A stretch of DNA of 64,000 bases from Chloroflexota bacterium. GTDB taxonomy: Bacteria > Chloroflexota > Dehalococcoidia > Lucifugimonadales > UBA3495. Positions 1 through 9,900 of this stretch are shown one piece after another. Under the pieces are notes generated by a model. It was not told the DNA's origin, searched no databases, and saw only the letters and a list, made by a program, of their open reading frames with translations. The DNA lies in assembly GCA_022573285.1 (NCBI GenBank), contig JACZUF010000010.1:5602-69601 (forward strand). Direction: 5' to 3'. Within the stretch, counting starts at the first letter, position 1. Every line of letters starts with the position of its first letter. A program made the position numbers and the translations under genes.

Positions 1-690
1 GATTAAGTCTCCTCGTAACAATTCCGTGTTGTTCGCGGTATAGGTTTCCCGCTCCGCCACATGCCGCATGTCGTTGTAGGTGTAGAGAACAGACCCGTTG
101 TCAGCGTCGATCAGATAGTGGTAGGTGGCCAGGTCCGCATCGGAGAAGAGCCGGACATGCCACGCCAGGTACATGTGGCCGTCGCGGTGCTTGAACTGGA
201 CCAACTCGGCCTCGGGCGGCACGTCTTGGGACTCGGGCTGATCCAGTTGGCCCGCAGCGTAGTCCAAGGCCTGGGCCTCACCTACCGTGGGGCTTGCCGA
301 CGCGTCTACCTCGGTCAGCCGGTTGGCCTTGTAGCCCACCACCTCACCGGCCGGGTTGATGTGCACTTGCACCGACCCCTCGAATACCCGCACCCCGTTC
401 AGCACTTGCCGCAGAGTCACATGCCGGAACCCCTGTCGGTCGGTGACCACATTGGAAGTTTCAAAGGTTTCCGTCACCCCGTTGGGCAGTTCAACCATCT
501 CGGCCGTCTGCCGGATGAATCTGCGGGCAACGGTCTCTGGGTCATCCGTGGATGCCGCCGACAGCAATCCACTGATGAACTTGGGGCTCTTACCCGCGGA
601 ATCCCAGGTGATGTGATCTACATGGGAGTTGTGCGATGCCGCCTGGATACCCCTCAAAACACGGCGTTGCCGTCTGTTGGGCTCTGCCAT
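1..690 (-). CDS. M4 (thermolysin-like) metallopeptidase, N-terminal part only (FTP and PepSY propeptide region); runs off the window edge
   Basis: My own minus-strand translation from the ATG at 688-690: MAEPNRRQRRVLRG...ETFETSNVVTDRQGFRHVTLRQVLNGVRVFEGSVQVHINPAGEVVGY...LAWHVRLFSDADLATYHYLIDADNGSVLYTYNDM. The frame stays open to position 1. The listed + ORF 61..792 is its antisense shadow. Confidence 0.6.
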   Translation of the reverse strand, partial: MAEPNRRQRRVLRGIQAASHNSHVDHITWDSAGKSPKFISGLLSAASTDDPETVARRFIRQTAEMVELPNGVTETFETSNVVTDRQGFRHVTLRQVLNGVRVFEGSVQVHINPAGEVVGYKANRLTEVDASASPTVGEAQALDYAAGQLDQPESQDVPPEAELVQFKHRDGHMYLAWHVRLFSDADLATYHYLIDADNGSVLYTYNDMRHVAERETYTANNTELLRGDLI

Positions 691-966
691 GGTATTTACC
701 CCCTTCCGGCGTGTCCGGTATTCATAGCATGGAAAAGATGCGACATGATAACACGGTTATCATGGGGACGTTTGAGATATATTTCATGCTAAATCGCACA
801 AATCATGCCGGATATCGCTGAACCATCAATGAGCACCGTGCAAGGCTGCCTAGCCCTTCTCAACTGAAGCCAGGTTGTCCAGGTTGTATAGTAGGGGCAC
901 GTTGGAAAAAGGCTGCGCCGCTACGGCGCAGGCAAAACCAAAATAGATTTCCAAAGGAGACGAACC

Positions 967-1815
967 ATGGGACCCAAACTGGTCGACTACCTGCTGTACG
1001 AAGCCGAGGACTCGGGAATCGCTTGGATCAGATTCAACCGGCCCGAGCGCCGCAACGCCTTGATGGGGAACTCCCAGGAAAACAGCACCGTGGCCAAGGT
1101 GGGCGAATACATGCGGGCAGCCGACGACGACCCCGACATCCGCGTGATCGTGCTCACCGGTGAGGGCCAGGGGTTCTGCTCCGGGGCCGACATGCGCCGG
1201 GACAACGACCCATCGGTGCTGGGCGAGAACTTCGTGGGCAACCGGGACCACACCGAGGGGCCGGACCTGCAGCGCCAGCACTTCTTCCACGGGTTCACCC
1301 AGTTGCACCGCGACATCTCGCTGATCCGCAAGCCGACCATCGCCATGATCAACGGTGCGGCCGTGGGCTCGGGCATGGACATGGCCCTGCACTGCGACAT
1401 CCGCGTCGGCTGCGAGGCCACCCGCTTCGTCGGCTATCACCAACTGGGCCAAATCTTCGAGAACGGCGGCAGTTATTACCTGCCCAAGATGGCCGGACTG
1501 GGCCGGGCCCTTGAGTTCGCTTACACCGGGCAACTGGACGCCCAGCGGGCCTACGAATGGGGCCTGCTCAACTATCTGGTGGACTCCAGCGAGTTGGAGC
1601 AGACCACCCGGGACCTGTGCGAGCGCATCATGCGGGTGCCGCCCATGGTTCAGTGGGTCAGCAAGAGGATCATGCGCACGGCCATGGACACCACCCTTGA
1701 GAACACCATGGTGCTCACCTCCAACGCCGGCGGCATTCTCGGCGGGTCCGAGGACGCCGAGGAGGCGCGCCTGGCCTTTCTTGAGAAACGGGCGCCCAGC
1801 TTCAAGGGCCGCTAG
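967..1815 (+). CDS. enoyl-CoA hydratase/isomerase (crotonase) family protein
   Basis: 282-aa ORF with AGGAG 6-8 nt upstream. Crotonase-like motifs are present: IAWIRFNRPERRNAL, VIVLTGEGQGFCSGADM, KPTIAMINGAAVGSGMDMALHCD. Confidence 0.9.
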   Translation: MGPKLVDYLLYEAEDSGIAWIRFNRPERRNALMGNSQENSTVAKVGEYMRAADDDPDIRVIVLTGEGQGFCSGADMRRDNDPSVLGENFVGNRDHTEGPDLQRQHFFHGFTQLHRDISLIRKPTIAMINGAAVGSGMDMALHCDIRVGCEATRFVGYHQLGQIFENGGSYYLPKMAGLGRALEFAYTGQLDAQRAYEWGLLNYLVDSSELEQTTRDLCERIMRVPPMVQWVSKRIMRTAMDTTLENTMVLTSNAGGILGGSEDAEEARLAFLEKRAPSFKGR

Positions 1816-1905
1816 CGCCGGTCTGATCTTCAAGTGAAGGTCACACCCAGCTCGAATGGCCTTTCCGGAACGGCGGAAATCGAACTATCATAGGCCGGGC
1901 GAAAT

Positions 1906-1944
1906 GGGTGATTAGCTCAGTTGGTTAGAGTGCCTGCTTTACGC
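1906..1944 (+). pseudogene. tRNA-Val 5' half remnant (acceptor, D-arm and anticodon stem/loop only)
   Basis: gggtgattagctcagttggttagagtgcctgctttacgc matches the 5' part of the intact tRNA-Val at 2862 with about 4 mismatches and stops in the anticodon loop. The upstream aactatcata motif is also shared with the intact gene. Confidence 0.75.
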
Positions 1945-2221
1945 TAACCAATACGCAAGCGCAGTGTGTCCGTAGCTACGGACCGTATTAAAAAACGTTC
2001 ACTCATGCGCTCCAAGAAGGCCGGGTATTCCCGGCCTTCTTGCTGTCTAAAAATAAAGGCCGATGCCCCCACTTAAGGCGGCACCGGCCGAAGGCCAACG
2101 GGCACGCACCGTCAGCTTCTCGCCGCTTGCTATCTTGAAGGACTGCAAGGGCAGACCCCAGGCCTTTGCGTCCGGGCTTATATATCTGGAGGGACGCCAG
2201 GCTGCCCGGACGGTCTAAGAC

Positions 2222-2473
2222 CTAGTCGTCTCCGAGCTCTTCGATGAGCTTATCGACCAGCTTCTGCTTGAACGTCTCGTTAGACATCGCTGCGCTGACG
2301 AGCCGCTGTCGCAGGTCTGAATCGTTTTCCAAGGCGTCCTGCACCTTGTCGGCGATTTCGTCGACCAGGGTATCCATGGTGCTTGAATCCTCAATCAGCC
2401 CCGACACAACCTGATCCATGAATTCCTGGTCTGCCAGCACCTTGCCCACATCGCTTTCCTGTATGAGTCCCAT
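2222..2473 (-). CDS. small very acidic protein (83 aa, 21 Asp/Glu vs 7 Lys/Arg), unknown function
   Basis: ATG at 2471-2473 preceded by AAGGAGG (7-nt spacer). The protein MGLIQESDVGKVLADQEFMDQVV...KLIEELGDD looks helical and strongly acidic. Confidence 0.6.
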   Translation of the reverse strand: MGLIQESDVGKVLADQEFMDQVVSGLIEDSSTMDTLVDEIADKVQDALENDSDLRQRLVSAAMSNETFKQKLVDKLIEELGDD

Positions 2474-2861
2474 TGAACGTACCTCCTTAGGTCTATGTTT
2501 AAGCATTTGTTAAACCAGAATTTACTTCCATAAACATCGGCTGGTCCACCGGCATTCGGAAGACCTCCGCAGCGGCCCATTGGTTCGGCACATGTTTCAT
2601 GGTGTTGTCTAGTGGATAGCGGTTGGAGCCGCTTTGGGACCGGCGTTCCACCGGTGCCCTGAGTTCATGGCGGCTGGACAACCTGGGCATGCTGAAAGGC
2701 AACATCGGCGTCTAGAATAGCGTCGCCATCTGGTGCAAACCCATAAACGTCATCTTCAGCGTGGCCGTTCTACGGAGCGCAAACTAGGTCTGCCGGCCAA
2801 CATGAAGGTGGTGGGCCTTTACGCCATGGCAAAGCCCCAACTATCATAAGCTTGAATATGC

Positions 2862-2938
2862 GGGTGGTTAGCTCAGTTGGTTAGAGCACCTGCTTTACAC
2901 GCAGGGGGTCACAGGTTCGAGTCCTGTACCGCCCACCA
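2862..2938 (+). tRNA. tRNA-Val (anticodon TAC), CCA encoded
   Basis: Cloverleaf read by eye: acceptor gggtggt/accgccc, D-arm gctc-agttggtt-agag, anticodon stem cctgc/gcagg with loop tttacac, T-arm acagg-ttcgagt-cctgt, then discriminator a and cca. Confidence 0.95.
2890..2938. repeat. 49-bp direct repeat, left copy (3' part of tRNA-Val; attL-like)
   Basis: ctgctttacacgcagggggtcacaggttcgagtcctgtaccgcccacca is identical to 21412-21460. Confidence 0.9.
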
Positions 2939-2960
2939 CTTCAGGCACAAGCCAGGCATG

Positions 2961-2990
2961 GAAGCCGACGTCGCTTTCGGCTTCTTTTTT
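2961..2990 (+). terminator. rho-independent terminator after tRNA-Val
   Basis: Stem gaagccga / tcggcttc with an 8-nt loop, followed by tttttt. Confidence 0.7.
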
Positions 2991-3093
2991 CGTCGAAAAA
3001 GCAATTCCGACCCCCTGCCTTTCGGGTCTTTCGGTTAGGGCCCCAGATGCTTGCCTCTCAAACACTTCTTAAGAATGGAGGCAAGGAACTATC

Positions 3094-3372
3094 ATGGCCA
3101 GTAACCGGAACCTCAGGTGGGAAGAGATCGATAAATCAAAAACCGACCTCTCGGTGTTGATCCAGCACTTCGAGGTCCACAACAAGACCGAAGGGAAATC
3201 GCCTAGGACCGTCGGTTGGTACAACGAGGTTCTGGGTATGTTCATAAAGTGGCTAAGGTCGGTGTTCATTCCAAAGACTGTAGGCGAAAAGAGGGGTGTA
3301 TTCTGGCCGAGGTTTGATCGCGACCAGTTTTCCATCGCGAAGCCTAATCCCATCGAAAACTTCCCGTGCTAA
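3094..3372 (+). pseudogene. tyrosine recombinase/integrase, N-terminal SAM-like domain fragment only
   Basis: The 92-aa ORF LSVLIQHFEVHNKTEGKSPRTVGWYNEVLGMFIKWL resembles the N-terminal core-binding domain of phage-type integrases. No catalytic domain follows. Confidence 0.45.
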
Positions 3373-3512
3373 CTCCCGGCGCTGCTTCTGCATAACTTCG
3401 GATGCTCCCAAAGAGCCGGTAGGTTCCGTAAGAGCTCAGCCGCTCGGTCCAGGTTTGGAGTCGATTGAACCGTTGGCTTAGGTTCCAATGCCCGTCTTTG
3501 ACGCTCTAGTGC

Positions 3513-4149
3513 CTAGTACTCTGCCTTGAACTGTTGATCACCGATCACGTTCCAAATGTGTTGCTTGCGGAGATTTGCTAGGGCAGCATCAATCCTCTTG
3601 ATCTCTAATTTGTGGTCGGGTTCGGGGCCTTCTTTTGAGATTGCCTGATTTACGGCATCCCGCCAACCCTCATCGAGGGTGACGTATCCTAGAACTCGTT
3701 CGGCAAATTCTTGTTCCACATGAGGAGCCGGAAGGGACTGCGGGCGAATGTCACACCTGTGACAACTGTGCATCATGCTTAACGAAATACTTCCATTCTG
3801 GTGGCATCCTACGCCGTGGAACGCCCTTCCGCACCCGTCGCAGGTTGAGACACCAGTTGGGCGGGGAAATACGCTGTTGGCGAAAGGGCGGGCTGGACCG
3901 CCCCGGCGCATTTCTATCTCTACGTGTGCCTTGGCAGAGGGTCCACAACTCTTTAATCTCCCGAGGTACTTCATGGGCTCCGGGCATGACCTCTTCGTCT
4001 GATTGGAGATGAGGCCTAGCCCTCCCTAAGAAATCGCCATCGGACACTTTCTCGGACTGCTTCGTCGATGGCATTGTCTGGTCTGCTGGAAAGCGTATCA
4101 AGTTGCCGGTTAGCATCTTCCCGACACAACAGTCGAGAAGGGTCTCCAT
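3513..4149 (-). pseudogene. large serine recombinase, frameshifted C-terminal fragment (recombinase, zinc-ribbon and coiled-coil region)
   Basis: Two overlapping minus-strand frames. One carries PGAHEVPREIKELWTLCQ (recombinase-domain-like). The other carries CDGCGRAFHGV...CHRC and a C-terminal coiled-coil KRIDAALANLRKQ. The N-terminal resolvase catalytic domain is absent. Confidence 0.5.
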
Positions 4150-4301
4150 GGATCCCGGTGGACAAGCCTCATACCCTGACGATATTATTCCCGCAACACC
4201 GGCCCAGTGATTGAGGGATAATTAATTCTCGCTACCGCAAGCGCCTATCTCAGCATTGTTCGTCTCATTGATAGCCCCATCTATGTAATCGTCAGGTCGT
4301 T

Positions 4302-5723
4302 TTGACGCCGCTACGTCAATCTGTTATGCCAGTCAAAGAAAATCCCGGCCACATCCTCCAACTCACCGACTCAGTTACAACCCGAAAGTGCGCGTTTCGC
4401 CTGGACTTCACTGACGCCGATCTGCCCTGGGAGCGGTTGCTCGAACAATGCCTCAAGAATCCTCCCATCGACCGGCTACTGGAGGAACACCGCATAACCC
4501 CGGAGTCCGCCCAAAGCCTGTCTGCCATTCAGGACTTGGTCTACGTCAGCGACGAACACGGTCGGCTTCATGACATGTTCCCGGGGACTACCGTGAAACA
4601 AGGAGGCCGCACATTAGCCGCCGGGGCGGCCCCGGAGGTGGTTCTTGGGCGTACCGGCGAGATTGACGTAGCGGTGATCGACCTGGAGATAGACCGTTGG
4701 AACGTCGGTTATGGCCGCAATTGGACGGGCTTCAACAGGAGGAGATGGGGGAAGAACGAGTCCACCTATCTCGGTTTTGTTAGGTCTGCGCTGGAACCGG
4801 ACCACAGTCCCTCAGAAGCCGAATCAATCCTTGGGCTAGATTCGGCGGAGGCTAGACTGGTTGTCCTGCGGGCCCTGGCCATGCGAATCTGGGAAGCCGA
4901 CTTTGAGAGCTACTCCCGGTTTACCGGTCAGAAACTCATCTTCAAATCCGGGGACGAAACGGTCCGCAACATTATGGAAGGCGGCGGCGGAATCTGCTCT
5001 GAAAAAGTTCAAGCCTTGAAATTTCTCACCGATAACCTGGGTTACGAATCGGAGTATCTTCTGGCCGGACCCAACGCCCGAAGACCGATCCCCGAAGAGA
5101 AGCTGCGCGAGCTTCTCACTACCTTTGAATTCGGACTTTCCAAACGGTATATGCGTTACTGGCAGCACATGGCGCTCTTGTATCACCTAGATGGCGCCGA
5201 TATCATCGTTGATGCCACCAACGGGAATATACCTTTCATATTCCTGGCGGGGCCCGAGGCCGAACCGATGCTCAACTGCTGGGAAAAGGCTCCGGTATCC
5301 GTGAGAATGTCCTTGCATGAGGAGTCGTTCTATTACCACCGGGTATCCCAAGACATTCCCGAGGACCTGCTCTTTGCGTTGGAGGGTTGGATCCCCGAAT
5401 CCGACTTGATCCAGGTTTTCGAAAACGAACTAGGCCTTATCATTTCGGAGGGGTTCTTCGTCACGCCGATCCCATACCGGGACCGGCAGGGGTTCTTGGA
5501 GCTGGAGCGGCAATACAAAGAAGCCTGCGAGAAGGTTGGCCTGCCGTGCGTAGTCACCGAAAAATGGAGCCTGGATTCCGATATTGGGTCACGTTTTACC
5601 CAGGCGCACCCCTTCGCCAGCCAGCAGATCATGGCGTCCGAGCGGCATTTACTGTCCCGGTACAATGCAAGCGAAGGTGTAGACCATGAAGCCGGTTTGG
5701 TGGTGGTGAGGCTGAGGAACTGA
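4302..5723 (+). CDS. transglutaminase/papain-fold (Cys-His-Asp) protein, function unknown
   Basis: 473-aa ORF with a TTG start at 4302 and an alternative ATG at 4326. GGGGIC(232)SEKVQALKFL, then about 57 aa to RYWQH(289)MALLYH, then about 15 aa to IVD(304)ATNG, matching transglutaminase-core spacing. Confidence 0.7.
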   Translation: MTPLRQSVMPVKENPGHILQLTDSVTTRKCAFRLDFTDADLPWERLLEQCLKNPPIDRLLEEHRITPESAQSLSAIQDLVYVSDEHGRLHDMFPGTTVKQGGRTLAAGAAPEVVLGRTGEIDVAVIDLEIDRWNVGYGRNWTGFNRRRWGKNESTYLGFVRSALEPDHSPSEAESILGLDSAEARLVVLRALAMRIWEADFESYSRFTGQKLIFKSGDETVRNIMEGGGGICSEKVQALKFLTDNLGYESEYLLAGPNARRPIPEEKLRELLTTFEFGLSKRYMRYWQHMALLYHLDGADIIVDATNGNIPFIFLAGPEAEPMLNCWEKAPVSVRMSLHEESFYYHRVSQDIPEDLLFALEGWIPESDLIQVFENELGLIISEGFFVTPIPYRDRQGFLELERQYKEACEKVGLPCVVTEKWSLDSDIGSRFTQAHPFASQQIMASERHLLSRYNASEGVDHEAGLVVVRLRN

Positions 5724-5807
5724 GAAGATGGTCCCACCGAACACCGGCCAGTTGATCAACTTAAGATTGCTGGTTCACCATCGAGGGCGTGCTGAGCAGA
5801 TGACAGC

Positions 5808-6875
5808 ATGTTAAATATGCTTAAAGGACGCATAATTCGCCTCCGGCGCAGGAGGGGGGTAGGCGCCAGTTTTGTATTGGCAGCTCTCCTGGTCAGCATC
5901 GTCGGCAACGCCATGACGTTCTACCTATTCGAGAGAGGCGCCCGTCCGGAGTTATCCGTCGGCGATAGCTTTTGGTACAGTATGATATCCATCACGACGA
6001 TTGGATACGGTGACCTTTCCGCCAACACCATTGGGTCCAGGATCGGGACCATATTTTTTATCACGATGGTGGGCCTCACCGCATTCACCGCCTGGGCCGG
6101 CATCATAATCGGCTGGCTGATCGATCTGCAACACAGGGAGCGGACTGGCATGGGGAGTTTATATGTGAAGGAACATATCTTGATAATCAACTACCCCAAT
6201 GAGGGCCGCGTCCGCCACATAATCGACGAGTTCATGTCGGACCCGGCGCACCGGGAGGACGAGATCGCCATCATCACCGACCAGGTGGAATCACTGACCT
6301 TCTCGCATCCCAACGTCTACTTCGTCCGTGGCTCGCCCCTGGAATTGGAAACCTACGAACGGGCGAGGGCAGCCGAGGCCCAGAGGGCCATCGTTTTGAG
6401 CACGGGTTACGACGACCCGCACAGCGACAGCATCGTTGCGTCGGCCGTTTCCGTGCTGCACCGTTCGAACCCGCGGATCATGGCCACGGCCGAGTGCATC
6501 GATCCCAAGCATGCCGTGCTTTTTGAGCAGATGGACAACGTGTCCCTGGTTTTCCCGCTTCAGATGGCCAACAACCTTCTGGTGCAAGAATCTCAGGACC
6601 CGGGTGTAAGCCTGCTGGCCCAAGTCATCACCAGTAATAAGATGGACGGCACTCTGCTCAGCACCCGCTTAGAAGCGGTGCCGGAGAAGCGGGTAGCCTA
6701 TCCGGACATCGCCAAGCGAATGCTGGACCGCGACATCAACCTGGTGGGAATCGTGCGCAACGGGACCGTGCATCTCCGGTTCACTGAGTTGTTTCCGGTG
6801 CAAGATGATGTGCTGGTCTACATCGCTTCCTCCCGGCTGGAGTGGGAAGCTCTTCAGGAATCGTTGGCTCCCTGA
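5808..6875 (+). CDS. 2-TM potassium channel with C-terminal RCK (TrkA-N/C) domain, MthK-like
   Basis: K+ selectivity filter TTIGYGD lies between two hydrophobic helices. It is followed by an ILIINYP...VRGSPLE Rossmann-like RCK domain. Confidence 0.9.
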   Translation: MLNMLKGRIIRLRRRRGVGASFVLAALLVSIVGNAMTFYLFERGARPELSVGDSFWYSMISITTIGYGDLSANTIGSRIGTIFFITMVGLTAFTAWAGIIIGWLIDLQHRERTGMGSLYVKEHILIINYPNEGRVRHIIDEFMSDPAHREDEIAIITDQVESLTFSHPNVYFVRGSPLELETYERARAAEAQRAIVLSTGYDDPHSDSIVASAVSVLHRSNPRIMATAECIDPKHAVLFEQMDNVSLVFPLQMANNLLVQESQDPGVSLLAQVITSNKMDGTLLSTRLEAVPEKRVAYPDIAKRMLDRDINLVGIVRNGTVHLRFTELFPVQDDVLVYIASSRLEWEALQESLAP

Positions 6876-6948
6876 CCCTTGAGGTAGCCTAGGGATGGCA
6901 CGCAGCCCAAAGATGACCGGCACCAAAGAATGATAGGTAGCTCTTTAG

Positions 6949-9900
6949 ATGGTTAAGATCCCGATATTAGACCGGCTTGAAGGCTTGTCTCAAGCCATGA
7001 ACGCTCGCAGGGGGGCAGACCACCGTTTGGGGGGAAACCGCCTGAAGGAGATCCGGAGGCTCGATGCAGCTTCCTATTCCGATGTCGAACTGCGGGATAC
7101 CATTCATCGGATCGCTGGAGAGCTGGCCCATCGGGACCAACGCGGATCGGGTGACGATAACCTGCCGGCGGTGTTCGCCGTCGTCAACGAAGCCATCAAC
7201 AGACGGCAGGGGGCGTGGCGGTTCTTCGACCCAGCCGCGGACCAGCAAAGCCTTCAGCGGTATCATGCGCTGGCGGACCGCATATCCCACAGCCTGGATT
7301 ATGAGCGGGCCGCGATGGAGTGGGCGGGCAACGAGAGCAGATGCTGGGAGAGCTTCGACCAGGCCGTTAATCCGCTGATGGTCCGCCAAGGATTGGACCC
7401 CGAGGAAAGAATCCTGGTGGGGACGATTCTATTCGTCAGCCAAAGAAGCCAAGCGGAATACACGGCAAGTATCCTTCTCCCCGCCTGCTTTTATCAAACG
7501 CTCCAGGCACATGACAAGGACGGCGCACTGGCGTTTCGGGTGAGCGACGAGCAGATCCAGGCCGGGATTCTGCTGTACCAGGGCAACATCGTGGAGATGA
7601 ACGCCGGCGAGGGCAAAACGATTGCCGCGGTATTCCCTGCCGTCTTGCACGCGGTCCACGGAAGGACCGTTCACGTCATAACCGCCAACGATTACCTGGC
7701 TGGCAGGGACGCCGAGTGGCTGGCCCCCGTCTTCGAATCCCTCGGCCTAAGCGTGAGCGCAGTCCTGGAGGTCATGGACGAATCGGACCGGCGCTTTGCC
7801 TACGGGAAAGACATCGTGTACGGCGCCCTCCGGGAGTTCGGTTTCGACTTCATGCGGGACAACCTCAAGCTGTCTTCTGCCGAAGTCGTCCAACGCCGGT
7901 TGGATGTGGCCATCATCGACGAGGCTGATCACGCGCTAATAGATGAGGCCAATATCCCATTGATAATCGCCGGCGGGTCCGGGGCCGCCCCCAAGATACC
8001 GGCCAAGCTCAGGATAACCATTGAGGATCTAGTTGATCTGCAGCGTGCCGCCGTCTCGGCCTTGGAGCGGGAGTTGGAGCGCCTTCGACCCCGGTCGGAG
8101 GCCTACTTCCAGCTAATAGCCAAGTTGTATCTCGCCGATCCCGATGGCACGGTTTTGCGGCGGGAGTTCACCGCCGATCCCAGATGCTTGAAGCGCGTGC
8201 TTCGGATTTTCGCCGCGTGCCGCGTTGACGACGAATATGACAGCTTGACCGGCGGTCTTTGCTACTGGACCGACGACGATGGCAAGTCCCTATGCTTGAC
8301 CGAGAAAGGCCAAGATTTCGTCGAGTCCCGTCTCGGACCCCTGTTTGAAGACCTGGCCCTGCAGGAGCAGCTAAGCAGTGTCCAGGCGAATTACGACCTT
8401 CCGTTGGCCTTTCGCCGAAAGGAGATTGACAAGCTGAACCGGCAGCTTGCCCGGAGGCAGGACCGGATGCACCAGGTAGTTCGAATGTTGTGGGGCTACG
8501 TTCTACTGAAGAGGGACGTGGATTACTTGGTGCGGGATGACCAGGTTGTGCTGATCGATAAATACACTGGCAGAGGGCGCCCCGATACCCGTTATCACTA
8601 CGGGCTTCAGGCCGCCCTTGAAGTGAAAGAGGGTGTGCCGGTCCAACCTGAACACGAAGTTCTGGGCCGGATATCGGTGCGGGGCTTCGTGTCCCAATAC
8701 AGCAACCTTTCCGGCATGACCGGGACCGCCATGTCTTCCAAGGGCGAGTTTAGACGGGCCTACGGGCTGGATGTCGTAGCCATGCCACCCAGCAAGCCCT
8801 TAAAACGCACCGACCTCGAGCCCAGGATGTATTTCAGCAAGGGTGACAAGCTTCAAGCGATCTTAGAAGAGGTCCGCTTCTGCCACGGAATGGGCAGGCC
8901 GGTGCTGATCGGCACCCACTCCATCGAAGAGTGTGACGCGATCTCACAACTGCTGCGGGATGATGGCATCGAACACAACGTGCTCAACGCCGCCAACGAC
9001 CTGGAAGAGCATCGGATCATCGATGAGGCGGGCCTTTTCGGCTCGGTTACCGTGGCCACCGACATGGCCGGGAGAGGCACTGACATTGTCCTTGAAGCCG
9101 GATCGGACCGCCGGATCGCCGCCAGCTACGTTGCTTTGGTGGGCGAATTGCTGGCCCAGGGAGTTGGCGTCGTGAAGCTCAATTGCCCGGCCAAGGACGC
9201 TGCTGAGGTCTTGCTGTCCGCCATTGAAACGGCGGATCTGGATTGTTCGGTTGCCACAGTCCAGAACGGCGGCAGGACCGATGTTACCGTATCCGCTCAA
9301 GACGAAACCACCCAGGCCCGCACGGTCTATTTGGAATTCGGGCTTGGGCTGTACGTGATCGGGGCAGGAAACAGCGATAACGCGAGAATCGATCGTCAGC
9401 TCAAGGGCCGGAGCGGGAGGCAAGGAGACTTTGGCGCCTCCCGGTTCATCTCGTCTTCGGAAGACGGGCTCCCGAAGTTTGCTGGTGACGCGTCATCCGG
9501 GTTGGCCGGCGCAAGGACCGACTTTGCCGGACGTGCGTTCCGGGAAGGGGAGTCACTGACACGCCACCTCGAGAAACTCCAGAAGAACGCCGAAAAGGAC
9601 GCTGAATCCCGGCGGGCGAGGACCGAAGAATACACCCGGGTTTTCGAGGCGCAATCTTTCACTTACTACCGTGCCCGGAAAGATATCCTCCGCATGGAGA
9701 GCTTCCAACCTTTCCTTTCCCGGTTGGTGGCGGCGAAGGCCGGCCAGCTAGCCCAGAAGTACTTTCCTAATTCGCTGGTCGAGGACTACGAGCGTCAGTT
9801 CACCGGGCTCAGCGAGGAACTGGACCTCGACTACAAGGTTTCTGCTTCAAGTTTACGGGGGCTGGACCTCAACCTGCTGGAAGACGAGATGGCCATTTTG

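Noticed and set aside
61-792. 243-aa + strand ORF (and nested + ORFs at 356-616 and 636-821)
   Set aside because: It is an antisense shadow of the minus-strand M4-peptidase propeptide gene. The minus frame gives recognisable FTP/PepSY sequence, whereas the + frame is Gly/Val/Arg-rich with no motif.
850-1833. 327-aa minus-strand ORF
   Set aside because: It is antisense to the well-supported enoyl-CoA hydratase gene. Long open antisense frames of this kind are typical of high-GC DNA.
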